A stretch of 62,879 nucleotides of DNA, filler included, from Sphaeroforma arctica JP610 (GCF_001186125.1; 4 parts of 2 records of this genome joined end to end with filler, not necessarily neighbours in it); one strand, 5' to 3'. Counted from the whole stretch's first letter, positions 15,195 through 29,900 are shown. Made by a program: numbers and translations. Notes: generated by a model from the letters alone, not told the origin.

Positions 15195-16133
15195 GGCTAG
15201 CTCGACTGCAGATGCTTTAGTGTATCGTTTTAATATAGGATATCCGTATATTCACGACGACACTGTTTACAACTTACACACACGACGATAACAATAACAA
15301 ATATTTATATATTTACACTTCGACAATATATTTTCGCTCTCAGTGGTCGAGTGACCGCAGGCCATCGTACACGTAAATATGCCCTCATCAGCGTACCACC
15401 AGAAGTTCACTGTTCAGAATCTGAAGCACTCAACGGGTCTATTTGTCGAGTGAGAGAGTGATGACAGCCAAAAGCAGTGCAAAGCGACCTGCAAAGTCCG
15501 AAGTCATAGCGTTAATTCGTTTTACATATATGCAGTAAACGTTTAACGCAAGCCCCAAACACGATTGAATTACATATGTTTGTAAATATTATAATACATA
15601 CTACGCAGTAAAAATACGGATTCTGTTTCACTAGGTAAATATTCACGTGTGCTAGCTGCTGATACAGGTTTCTGAATCTGAGCGAGTCCATGTATGTGTG
15701 AATACACAAATTTTGACAGAACACCAATACGTAGTTCAATATGTGCTACGATAGTACCACTTGCGTCACTTCAATTAATGTACTTCAATACGAAACGGCA
15801 CGTCTGCCTGAACTACATTGCTGCGATATATAATTTTACCCATGTCGGTATCTGTACCCATACTTGTACTGCTAGCTATGCGCTCTGTATGAATAAAAGT
15901 ACAAACCCATCAATCTTTACCACGTGCAATCTTTATGATATTTATGGGTATAAATAAAGCTATAGGTATATATATAGATAGATGTATAGTGTTTGTATTG
16001 TATATATATATATATGTATGTATGTATAGATAGATAGATGTATAGTATATTTTTTGTATATATGTGCGTGTGCGTGTGCGTGTGCGTGTGCGTGTGTGTA
16101 TGTGTATGTGTGTGTATATCCACATGCGCACTC

Positions 16134-16178
<45 letters not shown>

Positions 16179-16731
16179 TGCGTGTGCGTGTGCATATATA
16201 TATATATATATTTGTGTGTGTATATGTGTGTATATGTATATATATATGTCGGTGTCTGTCTGTGTCTGTCTGTATCTGTCTGTGTCTGTATCTATTGTCT
16301 ATTCGGTTGGCTTGCAGCTTCTGTGGATCCTTCGGAGATTACAAATACATCACGCATTTTTTGTGATTTACCTTGTGATTCAATACGGTTAGAGCTGCGA
16401 TTGTGTAAGTAAATATGTGGGGTAGCCCGGAACGAAAGAACTAAGCAGGACTTGATTGCCCTGACACATGTTACGAGATACCGTACATCACAGTCGTATA
16501 TTCAATAATCTGGCACGACGCAAATGGTGCAAGCCAGATTTGCTGAACACTATACTAATTTCTGCATTGTCTTCCTTTCGAACGCATACCCTCCAAGCAC
16601 CCTTACAATGTCACAGCGGTACAGGCTGCGTTGAGTAATAATTCAATTGCCCTACATTCGAAACATGCTGATTCTCTTGCCAACCGGTTGACTAGAGAGC
16701 AAGCTATCATTTATTTATTTGACTAATATTT

Positions 16732-19253
16732 CTAGTTTTTCATAAAAGTAGTAGAGGCTTGTGAATTCGTCTTCGGCTGTGGCAAACAGAGAGTCCATCG
16801 ATTGAATAAAAATACACTTATAAGTGCCACTATCTTTCACAATTTATGCATAATGCGGCACGGGTGAAGCAGTCGACACAAAAGACATCTCATCACCCTT
16901 GCACGTGATACGGCACGACAGGTTGTGCACGTGACCATGCGTTATCAACGTATGGTCTGTTACCTCAGCCGCTTCCTCCTTATTTGTGTTCTCGTTCTGT
17001 TGGTTGCTGGCACCACTCATATTTTCCCGAGCAAGTGACGAGGTTGTGAAGGCCGACGTTACTTTCGTCAATTCTTGCAACATACTTGCATTCCCCTGCT
17101 CCGCCTGAAAGATGTAGCAAATATAAGCTATCAGCGAGGGTTGTCTATACGTTGATCAGGCTGTTTTACGAAAACTTAGCAAAGCGACAGTAGACTACAT
17201 TCGTGGACAAGAAAAACACTCGACACAACATGTACTCACCTGAGATATTGCCAGCCGTTGCGCCATAGCGTACTGACAGCTGAGGCGCTCTAATTCAAAT
17301 TCGAGCTCTTTGTTGGAGGACTCAATAGTGTTCGTTACACTTTGCAGTGAACTCACGTCCTTCGCGACAGTACTCACTAAGTTTGTTATGTCCTGATTTT
17401 GTTTGGCCAGCTCTGATACTGAATCTCTGATTTGCTGTTGTTACAATTGGAGTGATTGCGATGAGATGGATTGTTGAAAAACGCAGCAAATACGCGATAT
17501 ATGCTTTAAATTACATCAACTAGAGTGTCAGGAACAGCACACAGAGAAGAGGATAGCGTGCAGTGAACACGCAACAATGAAGAACAATATAAGATAAAAT
17601 TCATGGATTTTCTCGATAGCAACAGAATTCTGCACTTACAGTTAAAGTCTCCTTTTTTTTTTCCTGCACAGAAGTGCGGCTTCCCTATTCCGTTCGCGCC
17701 TCTTGAGTCCTTTCTTCTCGCCGAATTCCGTGAAATCGCCGGGAACATAATCATAACTGTTCAAAAAAGGTACCAGATATGTTTTAGATAAACAGCAAGA
17801 TCCACTAAGGGTCGGTATACAATATACATATCATACCAATCATACCCATTGCATACCATACCAAACATACCAATTACATATCCCAAATCTCAAGGTCACA
17901 AACAATATCGATGGCAGAAAAACATCACAGCTGATCTTCAAATAATCAAGCTGCTTACGTATCATACTTACAATGATCCCTCCTCGCTCTTCTGCGAAGC
18001 CGTCTCGGAGAACATCCAGGACGATCGCTCGTACTTATCGTAGAGTGCTTGGTGGTCGACCGCGTGAGCAGGTGCAGCGGTAGCTGACAGCGACCCTGGA
18101 CGGATGGCCGGAATGTCGTACTTAGATTTCCTCTTCTCAGTATTGATCTGTTGAGAAAGCGACGACGCCTCGGCCGCGGCAACAGACGCCAGAGCTGTGA
18201 AATGAATGGAAATCGCTTAAAATTTTGAATTGTCAATACAATGACTGTTAAACGCACTTGTCGCGCACCACCGACGACCAGTATCTCTCCTAGAACATTA
18301 TCACCACAATACCTCAAGATCAAGTACATATACGCGATTTACGCACGCATTAACGGACTCCCGGCTGCAATCACCCAGTAGTGATAGTTATTTCACATCC
18401 TTGAACCCACCCTCTACCCCCTTTTTTCCGCTTTTCCCGTGCCAAAAACATACACCGAAAAATAGGTGAATAGCGACCAGCAGAAGATACAGGAAAATGT
18501 TGTTGTACATGGAATAGAGAGTTAAAAACGATATCGACACATGCCCTAATACATAAAAACACGAATCATTTTGCATTATGCCTACGTTGATATCCGTATG
18601 CAACGGGACACCGGCATTATATACTTCAATAAAACTGCTTCACTGCCAAATCACACGTTTATACTTGGCAAACAAGCAATCTGTGAAAACTACTCTCGAG
18701 CCATTAAATCTACATGTTTTAGCTATATCTAGATCAAGATCCAGACAAAGACTAACTCTGCCGGAAAAAAACCACCATACAAGAGTAAGATTGCATACCC
18801 ATCAGAGAGTTCATGCCAGCCATATCTTCCTCCTTCGTCGGCGGTCGGAAGTCTGTGGACGCTGACGGGAGCTGTGCGCGCTCTGAATTGGTACGGGGAT
18901 CTGCTAGTAAATTTGTATGTTGTTGTTGCTGTTGTTGTTGTGAGTTTGTACTGTCGGTATCCTTGGCACTGTTTGGAGCATTGAAGGGGGCGCTGTACAC
19001 GTCGGGGGATGCGATTTTCGATGTATACCCAGAGTCTACTCTATTATTATTACTATCCTGCGACCCGTACGCATTATCGTACGTGTTGTTGGTCACTGTG
19101 CTTTTCGTTGCAACTGCTTGCGTGTCATACTTGTTCATGATGCGGGCGTGTGTGCAGCTGCGGCTATCGTTACAATCCGTGACGTGTTCTCTTGGCGCGT
19201 TATCGGTTAGTGGGTTGCTGCTTAGCTCTCCATCTATGTCAAGGCTTGTCAAT
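16732..19253 (-). CDS. bZIP transcription factor; 5' end unresolved; apparent frameshift at an A10 run
   Basis: Exons 19253-18799, 18194-17972, 17756-17640, 17434-17240, 17104-~16962 and possibly ~16776-16732. Basic region KRRERNREAALLCRKKK is followed by zipper IRDSVSELAKQNQDITNLVSTVAKDVSSL. The junction is in frame only with one extra A at 17653-17662. Confidence 0.75.
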
Positions 19254-20359
19254 CTGCAGAACAAAATCCTGTATGGTACGGATAGTTTTAGTGACAAGTG
19301 TTTAGGCGATTCTCTCTACACTCCCTAACTTCTATCACCGTGTTTAAATGCCGATTTCGTCGACTGAAGCCTCTATTTACATTTAAAGCATAAATAGGTT
19401 TGTTTTTATGAGGTGCAGGGAGCTGTAAAATAGTGATGACCCCATGCTTCTGCTCCAATCCTCGTAATGAAGATTTCGGATAAAACACACAGAATTATGT
19501 CTGTAACGCCATACCCGCATATCCCCCGAGGCTTTAGGCCCAGCGGTTGTGTCGACTTGTTTTGGCGATGGCTCCGTCGTAGTATATTATTTCCATCTTA
19601 AAAAAGAACACTGCGTCATGCGAATTGCACCAATCAGATATTGGTAACAAACGTGCGAGTTGTATCAGTGTAGATATTTTCAGTGATTCAAGAATTCGTA
19701 ATGCAAATCCGCTTATCAACGGACACCAAGAGTTGATTGGATTACAAAAATAGTTCTGCCTCGCAGTACGTAAACTAAGATTCAGTACGTAAATACCCAG
19801 AGATTCCGTTTACGTACTAGTATTCAAGAATGTCGAAAGGTGCTCACTTCACAACAATCTTGTGGAGTCATCATGATTTTCAGATAAATAAAGTGATACC
19901 ACAGTACAACGACACAGATTTCGGGCCAGGCTTTTGACCCAGAGTGCGGCAAGAGGCGGAACTTCTGGCAGCAGGTTGACAAGAAGAGAGTGTTATTTAC
20001 GGTCTCACAACCCAATAAACTGTAAAGTGGCCCTTTTTTTTTACCCTACGGGACCGGCCCTTGGCCACGAGATTCATATCATTTTCAATTATTATTTTTT
20101 TCTAAAGTGAAGGAAAGTTCCCAATTACTTTAATCCGTGACCGTCTTGGCTCTTTCCCTTCCTGACACCGATGATGACAGCTCAACACACCCACAGAATA
20201 ATTGATGAATAAACGAATGTTTTTAAAAATTTATCCGAATTCCAAGAGTTCAAGTTCCACGTTCCAACTTTCAAGGCCCAAGCGCCACACTATTTATTAT
20301 ATCAGCGTTTGTAGAATTGCTTGTACCTATCACACGTACGCTTAGGAGACAAATACATA

Positions 20360-22389
20360 ATGTTGTGTACTAGACAGATTGCTTCTCGCACATTAGCGCT
20401 GCGCACGGCCCGTTGCGGTCTTTCATCAACGACGCGATGGATGAGCTCCGCCGCTGAGGAGAGCGAGTCTGCCAAAGCGTTTCGTGTCGAGGTATGGTGG
20501 ATACTTAGCAACACTATGATGTATCGGCTTTGCGTTAATGGTGTTATTTCCTGTGGGTGAGCTGTGATTTACACTCAATTGTTGTCAGCTCACTGGATTC
20601 TTCTATTCGGTTCGTACTATGAACGAATAAAAGCGGGAGTAATTGCAATGACCTGCGCAGAACACGTGTTGGGTGATATTACATACTCTATTTCATCTGA
20701 ACCTTTGTGTTGTTGCTTGGCGTAAGAGGTCACCAACGAGTGTTACATGTTAACCCGATCGCTTATATGTATTTTCAGGTGAGTTGTGACTCCATCTGAC
20801 TGGAACTTCTGTTCAGTACTGTAACATTTTCAATTACCACCTGTACCTGTGTTGTTTCTCGCTTGTAAGAAAACGATGGTATTATGTTTGATTACATACC
20901 TTCTAAGTGCATCTGTCTCCTATGTTCGTGTCGCTCCCTTTGTGTTGGATTTGTTCTTCGGAATCGATAAAATATAAAGGAAATTCATCAATTCGTCGTA
21001 ATATCTTGTATCTCAAAATATTGCAGCCTCACTCCACCGGAAAAATGACCGATCTCGGCACACGCCGTATCTTTAACGAAGAGCACGACATGTTCCGTGA
21101 AACCGCTCGTAAGTACTTCGATGAGGAGTGCAAGCCCCACACTGAGAAGTGGGAGGCTGCCGGTATGGTAGATCGCTCCGCTTGGCTCAAGGCCGGCGAG
21201 CTTGGTCTGCTAGGATGCACCACACCCGCTGAATACGGAGGTTCCGACTGCGATGCTAAATACGCCGCCATTGTGTGGGAAGAGCAGGCGTATAGTCTGT
21301 GCACCGGTCCTGGATTCGCACTGCACTCCGATATTGTCATGCCTTACATCAACCACTACGGAAGCGAGGCGCAGAAGAGCCGCATCCTACCCAAGATGGC
21401 TTCTGGTGAGTTCATTGGCGCTATTGCCATGACTGAGCCTGCTGCTGGGTCTGACTTGGCTGGTATGAAGACCACTGCGCTTAAGAACGAGGACGGCACA
21501 TACAGTCTAAACGGTTCTAAGGTGTTTATCACTAACGGAGCTATGGCCGATGTCACCATTGTGTGCGCCAAGACTGCGCCCGAGAAAGGTCCTCACGGTA
21601 TCTCGCTATTCCTGGTAGAGACTGGCATGCCCGGTTTCGAGCGTGGAAAGAACCTCAGCAAGATGGGCATGAAGGCCCAGGATACCTCCGAGTTGTTCTT
21701 CGAGAACGTACAGCTGACCGAGGCCAACCTTCTGGGTAAAGAGAACCACGGTTTCTACTACCTTATGCAAGAGCTACCTCAAGAACGTCTTCTAATCGCC
21801 GATATGGGAGTTGCCGCAGCCGAGGCTGTGTTTGAGCTGACCCGTGACTACGTTAAGGAGCGCAAAGCGTTCGGCAAGCCCTTGGTAGCCCTTCAGACCA
21901 TCCGCCACAAGTTGGCTGAGTTGAAGACTGACATTTGCCAGGCTCGTTCATTCATCGATAACTGCATTGAGCTGCACTCCATTGGCAAGCTGGACACTGT
22001 AAGTGTTTTGTATTGATTGTTGCGGCTTGAAACATGTGTTTAATATTAATTAATTTCTAAACTATTTAATCTGCTGAGATCTGATCTACAGGTTCTGATC
22101 TATATACCTCGTCTTATGATTTACTCGATGATTTTGTTTTGCATCAGTTGTCGTAGATTGTTCATCCCTTGTCCGTTTATGTCTACAGGCTACCGCATCC
22201 ATGGCAAAGGTCGTCGGAACAGACTTGCAGCACAAGGTTGCTGACGAGTGTGTTCAGCTTCACGGAGGTTGGGGATACATGTCCGAGTACCCTGTGTGCA
22301 AGGCCTTCCTTGACGGTCGCGTACAGAAGATCTACGGTGGAACTAACGAGATCATGAAGGAGGTAATCTCAAGAGATATCGTCGCTTAA
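20360..22389 (+). CDS. ACADL: Mitochondrial long-chain acyl-CoA dehydrogenase, 3 exons: 20360-20491, 21027-21998, 22189-22389
   Basis: Arg/Ser-rich presequence, TDLGTRRIFNEEHDMFR, AMTEPAAGSD, GSKVFITNG and RKAFG. The catalytic Glu is in LPQERL while IYGGTNEI has Gly, which is the LCAD arrangement rather than MCAD. Confidence 0.92.
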
Positions 22390-23277
22390 GCAACGGTAGT
22401 ATATAAATGACATAAATAAACAACAATTGAGCATATTGTTTTGCTCTTATCTATTTCACTCATGTTACATATGAGTGAGACTGAGGGGAAGTTGGCAGGT
22501 CTGTTATCGAGTACGTTGTTTGAACAGAAGTGTGCTTACGCATGTTTGCTGCGAAATGACCCAATGAATGGTTTCTGTTTTGCAGATGGTAAGCTTTTAC
22601 TAGAAGCTCATGATACAATTTTTATTGAGAACATGCTACATACGAGTGAGATTGAATGGAAGCTAGTAAGTCTGATTTCTTGTACGTTGTGTGAGCAGAA
22701 GTGCGCGTAAGCATATTTGCTGCGAAATCAAACTCAAAAGAATGTTTTTTTATCGCGGAGCTATACACTTTTAGTAAAGCTTCTGGAACGATATTTATTG
22801 AGAATTCTTTATTTCAACTTTTAAGTTCTTTGACGTGAACATATGTATGCGTGAACAATACCGTCGATGTCGATGACATCGTTTATCGTTAAATATGCCT
22901 ATACCAATACATCTTTGATGTGTGTGGACTGCAATGCCGGAGACAATCCCATGTGCGATATTTTGATCTGAGAAAGTCTACAAGGTGGTGCTCTGCATTT
23001 CGCTACTCTATTTTGACGAGAAAATGCAACAATATTGCCAACAGTACAGATGGTCATACGAATAGGTACAAGATTAACAATGCGTAAACAAAATGAAGCG
23101 TGTCTGTAACAGATATACAAATAGGTAGAGACTGATATATAAAAATACGATAAGAGTCTAGATAGATATGTATATATTTATGTATACTTATATCTATATT
23201 ATATATAGTTAAATTTAAATCTAAGTATATATATGTTTGTATGGAAGTATGTATGATAATGAAACAATGTATGTATG

Positions 23278-23311
<34 letters not shown>

Positions 23312-23370
23312 TGTATGTATGTACGTGTGTATGTACTCATGTATGTATGTAAGTTTTTTATATGTATATA

Positions 23371-23470
23371 NNNNNNNNNNNNNNNNNNNNNNNNNNNNNN
23401 NNNNNNNNNNNNNNTTAATTAATTAANNNNNNNNNNNNNNNNNNNNNNNNNNNNNNNNNNNNNNNNNNNN
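23371..23470. other. Assembly gap with artificial TTAATTAATTAA linker (also 28928-29027 and 53348-53447)
   Basis: An identical 12-mer is centred in three 100-base N blocks. Confidence 0.95.
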
Positions 23471-23917
23471 GCGACCAGCAATACAGACTTGTATTATGTT
23501 ACCATTGCGCAATGGTACAACATAGCGACCAGCAATACAGACTTGTACTATGTTACCATTGCGCAATGGTACAACAAAGCGACCGGTAATACAGACTGGT
23601 ACTATGTTACCATTGCGCAATGGTACAACATAGCGACCAGCAATACAGACTTGTACTATGTTACCATTGCGCAATGGTACAGAATAGCGACCAGCAATAC
23701 AGACTTGTACTATGTTACTATTGCGCAACGGTACAACATAGCGACCAGCAATACAGACTTGTTCTATGTTACCATTGCGCAATGGTACAACATAGCGACC
23801 AGCAATACAGACTGGTACTATGTTACCATTGCGCAATGGTATAACATAGCGACCAGCAATACAGACTTGTACTATGTTACCATTGCGCAATGGTACAACA
23901 TAGCGACCAGCAATACA
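23471..23917. repeat. 54-bp minisatellite, 8 full copies plus a partial one, built around the palindrome TACCATTGCGCAATGGTA
   Basis: Units start at 23471, 23525, 23579, 23633, 23687, 23741, 23795, 23849 and 23903 (partial). The array abuts a gap on the left. Confidence 0.95.
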
Positions 23918-24523
23918 ACACAGACGCGCCCGGCAAATAGGTACTATATGATAAATGCAAGCGGACCTCATACAGGGATTGCATATTGTGGGCAGTAAGT
24001 TGCATACCATGAACACTTCATTCCAATACATGAACAAGGAATAATCGGACTATCACGTATCTGTCCACGCATTGTGAAAATGGTGTAAATTTGCAATAGT
24101 AGCACGCCGTACACGCAATAATTTAAAGCGCTGATCAACTGAGAGTATGCAAGTCATATGAGGCAGGGCAATCCGTGATATAGTAGCGATACACAACTAC
24201 AGCCGCCTAAGAATGACATGCATATATATAAACGTGATCACGTTGGGGGTAATCACAACTACAGCCGCTTTAGAATGACATGCATATATGTAAACGTGTT
24301 CACGTTGGGGGTAATGAGATGCCAAATTGCACGCGTATATATCAGAGATATTGTGTATCGCACATTTCAACAAGCATATAGGAGGTGCAAAAAAGAGGGA
24401 CAGTCCATCTAGTTGACGGAACGGAGGCACATGTGCACACGTGCAATGGAGACAGGCATGCGGCTTCGTATACACTGGCAAAGCAAAGCGTTGGTGACTT
24501 GCGGAACAATTCGGACACCATAC

Positions 24524-27500
24524 CGCTATCGTCAGAATCTCCTTCAGCTTCACCGCCATCGTCATTGACGAGGTCACTGACATTCCAGAACTGGATGTTG
24601 GATGATAAAGTTATGATGGTTTGGGTGTGAACTTGGTAAGATTGTGTACTCACAGAGAAGAATACGAAGTAACAAGTGTGCATACACACACCCGAGTGCG
24701 GCCCAGATACCAAGCCGAGTGTACCAAAATCAAAACACAGGAGGTCCCAATACACCCCACACAACCCAGCACTATCTTACGGCAAGTTGCGCACGGGGCG
24801 AACATACACTTCGCACTCATGCGAACTGTTCGAAAGACTGGGTCTATATATTGGTGTATGTGCATACAACATGCAGACGTCATACCGATGGGCGTAACAA
24901 CACGTGCATTGCACGTGTGCAGGAATGAGCTTAACGCATCTCTCGATACCAGAAGGACCTACGCAACTGCTGCGGCACACCAGAAGTACCCGCAGAAGAG
25001 TGAAGCTAAGACTGAAAAACAATACATACCTTACAGTCGCCTGCTTACGAATAGACACGCCCGCACAGTGAGAGACTGTGTATATGAGGATTTCCGAATA
25101 CGCACGATACCTCAGCTATCTTTACGTAGGAGCCTCCAAAGTCGTTGTATCAACGATTGGTTCACACGCACGTACCTAACGCGCCCATCGCACACTTAGC
25201 AGACACACACATACATGTTGTCGTCCATCTTGAATTTGTACCAAGCATCCAAACGCTTCACAAACAGAAATACAGTCACCGCAACACACACCTGTACGGT
25301 CTTGTCGTGGGAGCAGGAACCCACAAGCGCACCACTGCGATCAACTCGTAACCTCTCGACCGGGAAATCAGGGTGTTGCCCGACCACCCCTAGCAGTTTA
25401 TGCGGGTGAATAGCCACAGCTCTGTTGTGAGGTAAGGTGCAAGATAGTCTGAATGGTTACGGAATAAGCTGGAGAGAATACTTTTTTCTGTTCCGTATAG
25501 CGATCTGCTTGTAGCCCTCTTGGGTGTAGAGCTACAATGTGGTGAGGCAAAGTGGAAGATAGTGCGAATGGGTACTGAATAATTGGACAAGTGGTATTTT
25601 CTTCCGTCTATCGATCGGCTTCTAGTCATATCGATTAGAACGTCAGGGTGCAGCAGACGTGTGAGTGCGTAGCAACAGCTCCAAGGTCCGGTAATAAACC
25701 GTGGTTTATTATGTGTGTAAACTAGAATGTCTGAGATATAAGGCAAACAGACATATAGAATGCAATATAACGGACTATTCGCCGCATTGTATGGGCGGTG
25801 TGCCGACGCTCTGTTCCGCCCGTAGATGCCTGCATGAATAACGGGATAGTCACTATCCAACTCTAGTAGATCCTAAGTCTTAAAGGTTGCAGCACTATAT
25901 CACATAACAGCTGTGGTCTTCCTAGCATACCGGATTGTCTGCAGACAACCCCTGACATGACTCATGACCCATCCTCAGCCCATACTCGGCCCATACTCGG
26001 GACTGCACATTTCGCTTACCTTATTAATCCATCTGATGACCCGGTTAAGCATATACCCTCGGTTAGAGGCAGGATAGTGTCAATTGACAGTGGGTGACCG
26101 GGAAACCTGTCGCTGCAATCGCCCCATTGGCCCCAGGAGAAGATGCTTATAATGCCCTCTTGTGTGCCACACACCACCTTCTTGCCATTCTGATACGTAA
26201 TATATTCTCATGATGTTAGTACAGCATAGACGCTCTCTGCAAAAAGTAGAGCCAACAGCCAATGATACGTTTGCTCAGGATTTCCTCTCGCGTACCACAG
26301 CGATTACTGCTCATACTATATTGAAGTTGCTCATCGTCTCGTTCTGTGCTCAGTAAGTAGCTGTATCCGAAACACACTCCCACAAACGCATAACACCATA
26401 TACTCGATGTTGCAGGTCTCATCTGCGGTCCACACACACACACAACCCTAAATCCCTAGCGTATTCTGCGCATAGGCAGCAACGAAATCAGAACATGCAC
26501 ATAAGCGTAGCCAATAGCACGCGCGTGACTGAATGTTAGACATCCATGGCATGATATGCTCGTACCTTCATTACACAGACAGACAGAAGTTCCTCGTCCA
26601 TGTAATCCGACCTCTGTACAAAGAACGGTTTCCGCGGGTTCTTGACATTGAATATTGATAGCGTGCCGTCTCCGGAGGTGGTGAGCACGGAATTCGTTGG
26701 CTGTTAGCCGGTTGTGCGAAAGTAGCTCGGTTGTTAGCTTGGGATAGGCGGGAGGATCATCAGAGTAAATGGCCTCTGACGTGGGTGTGGGTGATGATTT
26801 GTCGGCGTAGCTTTGAAATTTAATTTACATGTATCGGAATGGAGGCGATTTAATTGGCTATTGACAGCGCGCGCGACGACGAGTTCTATTTGGGCCTGGT
26901 ATGGACTAAGCAACCGTGTGGCCAGGAAAACGGGGGTAAGTGTCTACGCAATGCCTTAGCTGACCAATGCCTATGCGCAAGTGTATATTAATTTGTAGCT
27001 AGCAATACACAGAGGAAAAGCTTTTCAGATGTTTATAGGCACAGGTGTAAGCATTGTTCGGGGTGACTACTAGGTGGGAGTGCAAATGTCAATCACACTA
27101 TTATGCTTGTGATGAGTACCGAGAATGTCTTTAGTACCTTTATGCTGGCGGTGTATAAGCCTGGAAATTCAGCCATGTGCGCTTGGCTGGAGTCTCTGAC
27201 GCCTTTAGGCTTCACATGCATGCATTTGGAGAATAAGCAGCGCTGTGCACACACATATATGCAGGCATTAAGCCTACATGCGCGTATACATATTCGTGCA
27301 AATGCTCGTGAAAGCGCCAACGGCGTACCTGATGGTATGTGATGTCGGATATGAAATCCTCGCATTCGTCATATGTTAGAGCCACTCCTGCTTGCCTGAC
27401 ATCCCAAATCTGTGGGTAAAGAAAAGGCAGGATGTCAGCATAAATATCAATGTTAATTGTCATTGGTAGCAACTGCGTCACACCAGCAAGACCCAAATTG

Positions 27501-28483
27501 TTAATTTAAGCATCTAAATTAGATACACTTATACACACACACACGATGCATACAAACAAAATGAATATCTATTCATACCTTAATCACTCCGCCGTCGTCT
27601 CCACTAACCAGTAAATTATCCTCCACCATACACAACACATTAATAGCATCTGTATGCGCACTCGTAATCTCTCGCATGCTCGTTCCTGTTTCCATATCTA
27701 GAAGACGCATGCTCTTGTCCGCGCTAGCGGTGAAGATATGCTTACCATCAGAACTAAACTGCATCGCGCGCACGCTTTCTTTGTGGAAACTCATCTTGTG
27801 GATCTGTGCGTGTACGGGAGGCATACAATTATTCGTGATTGTAAATGTAGTGCAGCCTAGTATACCCAGTAATCTAAGCGGTGCATGATAGAACACTATA
27901 GCCAATGGGTCTCGAGATGTATATTTGTACTGATGTTGACGACAATGTATATAGGTATATATGAGACACCAGCTGTATTGCAGACTGGCAGCGCCGTTAA
28001 ATATGTTAGAACCGTTGGTACACAGAACAAGATGCAATTAAAGGGACTGAATTGAGGGGCTATATCTATAACATAGTGGGTTTTGTACTCCGGGAAAAGA
28101 TGAGATGTCTATCCAACAGATAGGATGAAACATCAGATACGGGCCAAGATCTATATGCGTGCATGCAGAGCGACATATATACGCACACTAAACTGCAAGC
28201 ATATATAAGTCTAGGTTACAAAATATCTGATAAAAATATGCAACATTATCATACACATGGAAGGAAGCAGAAATGTCTGCAAAACAACATATCTAAACAT
28301 GCAAATAACTCTCAAACTCACTTGTTCGTTACCCGTCGTTCCGTCTGATAACGGGACGGCGTAGCGGTGCAAATAAATGTCCCCAGAGATCAGTCCAGAC
28401 GCCACCATGTCATGTGTAGGCGAGAATTGTATCTCAAACACCTGGTCATCAAAATCGAGCTCTAACGGAGCATTTTCCTCGAA
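24524..28483 (-). CDS. WDR55: WD40-repeat protein WDR55/Jip5, partial; exons 28483-28322, 27803-27579, 27409-27329, 26700-26566, 26189-26020, 25421-25292, 24590-24524
   Basis: Spliced product includes HKESVRAMQFSSDGKHIFTASADKS, SGDDGGVIKIWDVR, EDFISD, TSGDGTL, DEELLS, GKKVVCG, WGQWGDCSDRFPGHP, TGSSDGLIR and SCSHD..VQFWN. First and last exons were not located and may lie in gaps. Confidence 0.88.
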
Positions 28484-29034
28484 CTGTGATTGGTTGGGAA
28501 TGGGTTTACCGCAACGGTGAGACACCGGCGGGAAGTACAGGTGTGGGTAGAATGCACGTGTAAACAGTTTTGCAACTATGCCATATACTGGTGTACTACA
28601 GATATTTGCAAAAAAAAAACACAAGAGTGTGATATATACTTATGTACCAAATACACGACTGCATATATGAAGATAATTGTTTTGCACATAAATATCCGGT
28701 ATACCGGTGTATAAGCGTGTAAGCTTACTTTTCAGTTCCCCCGTGTCTGTGAATGAAATATTGAGCTTAAAGTGGAATTTGTAATCTGTTTTCCGGAATG
28801 ACGTGGATGGAAAACATTCCGAAGTCGCTAGTGATGATGTAGACCACTTAGAAAATGTCTGCTCAATGATTCCAGGATTTACTACCATGGACAACTATAA
28901 TACATACATAGATGCATGCATGTATGCNNNNNNNNNNNNNNNNNNNNNNNNNNNNNNNNNNNNNNNNNNNNTTAATTAATTAANNNNNNNNNNNNNNNNN
29001 NNNNNNNNNNNNNNNNNNNNNNNNNNNTATATAT

Positions 29035-29067
<33 letters not shown>

Positions 29068-29900
29068 TATGCACAAGTATTCTGTTCGTTATTTGCCGAT
29101 TCAATTTGCGCACAAATCAATGGGCTAATATATAGGACGCATATCGATTCACAGCATTGGTTCGTGCAGGTTTAGAATACGCACATATGCTATATTATAT
29201 CTCGAATACACATCGATGGACGTTTTTTTTATCGATTTATGCTTGAATGTACAATTTTGTGCAAGTGTGTATTCTATCATATTTACGCCTATGAAGTCCG
29301 CATAGACATGCTTTATCGTCCGTACGAAGCATTTAGCAATCATATCGATGTAAGTTGAACATTGACTATACAATCAGCTAGATGTCATTTCAATTTTGTG
29401 TTAATCGCAATCCTCCTGTATGCATGGTTGTATATTCGTACGTAAATCAGACTTCTATCTAATGTCGTTCGCCATAGATTCTGTGTCTGCAAGTATTCAA
29501 TTCAAACACACGCGCCTGACTCTTAAGTTTCTGTCATCACATGGTTCCAGTCTTTAATTATTCCAGATCAACTTATACACATTACCCGAATATGTTTGAT
29601 GAGTTTGAAGGATGGTGCTTTTCAATTTTCAATGAAATTGATTATTTTTTTTATAGTGCTCTCTCTGTCAGATCATATCGAAATTAGGCGGGCTCACAAC
29701 CCAATATCCTACACGCCTACATTAGTCACGGTCAAAAATTTATGTGCTCTCGCTGCATTGCCATTTGAGTACCTCTGTCACAATCTCCTAATCCTCGCGA
29801 GGGAATACACACCATTGGCTTGTTTCTTTTCTCACATTAGTAAAGCACTGCATTGTATAGTGATAGCTAATTTCACAATTTTCGTGTTCGTATTATTCAG

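Noticed and set aside
19500..20080. Further 5' exons of the bZIP gene
   Set aside because: Candidate splice sites exist, but I could not build a stop-free, phase-consistent path to an ATG.
22460..22810. Degenerate duplication of about 170 bp after ACADL (and a duplication of about 60 bp at 24193-24315)
   Set aside because: Real but ordinary local duplications with no sign of function.
23415..23426. TTAATTAATTAA as a biological motif
   Set aside because: It is identical in three 100-base N blocks, so it is an assembly linker.
23423..24037. Repetitive ORFs (CIAGRYVVPLRNGNIVQV and YYVTIAQWYNIATSNTDL) as proteins, or the array as CRISPR
   Set aside because: They are by-products of a 54-bp unit lacking stops. 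There are no unique spacers or cas genes, and the context is eukaryotic.
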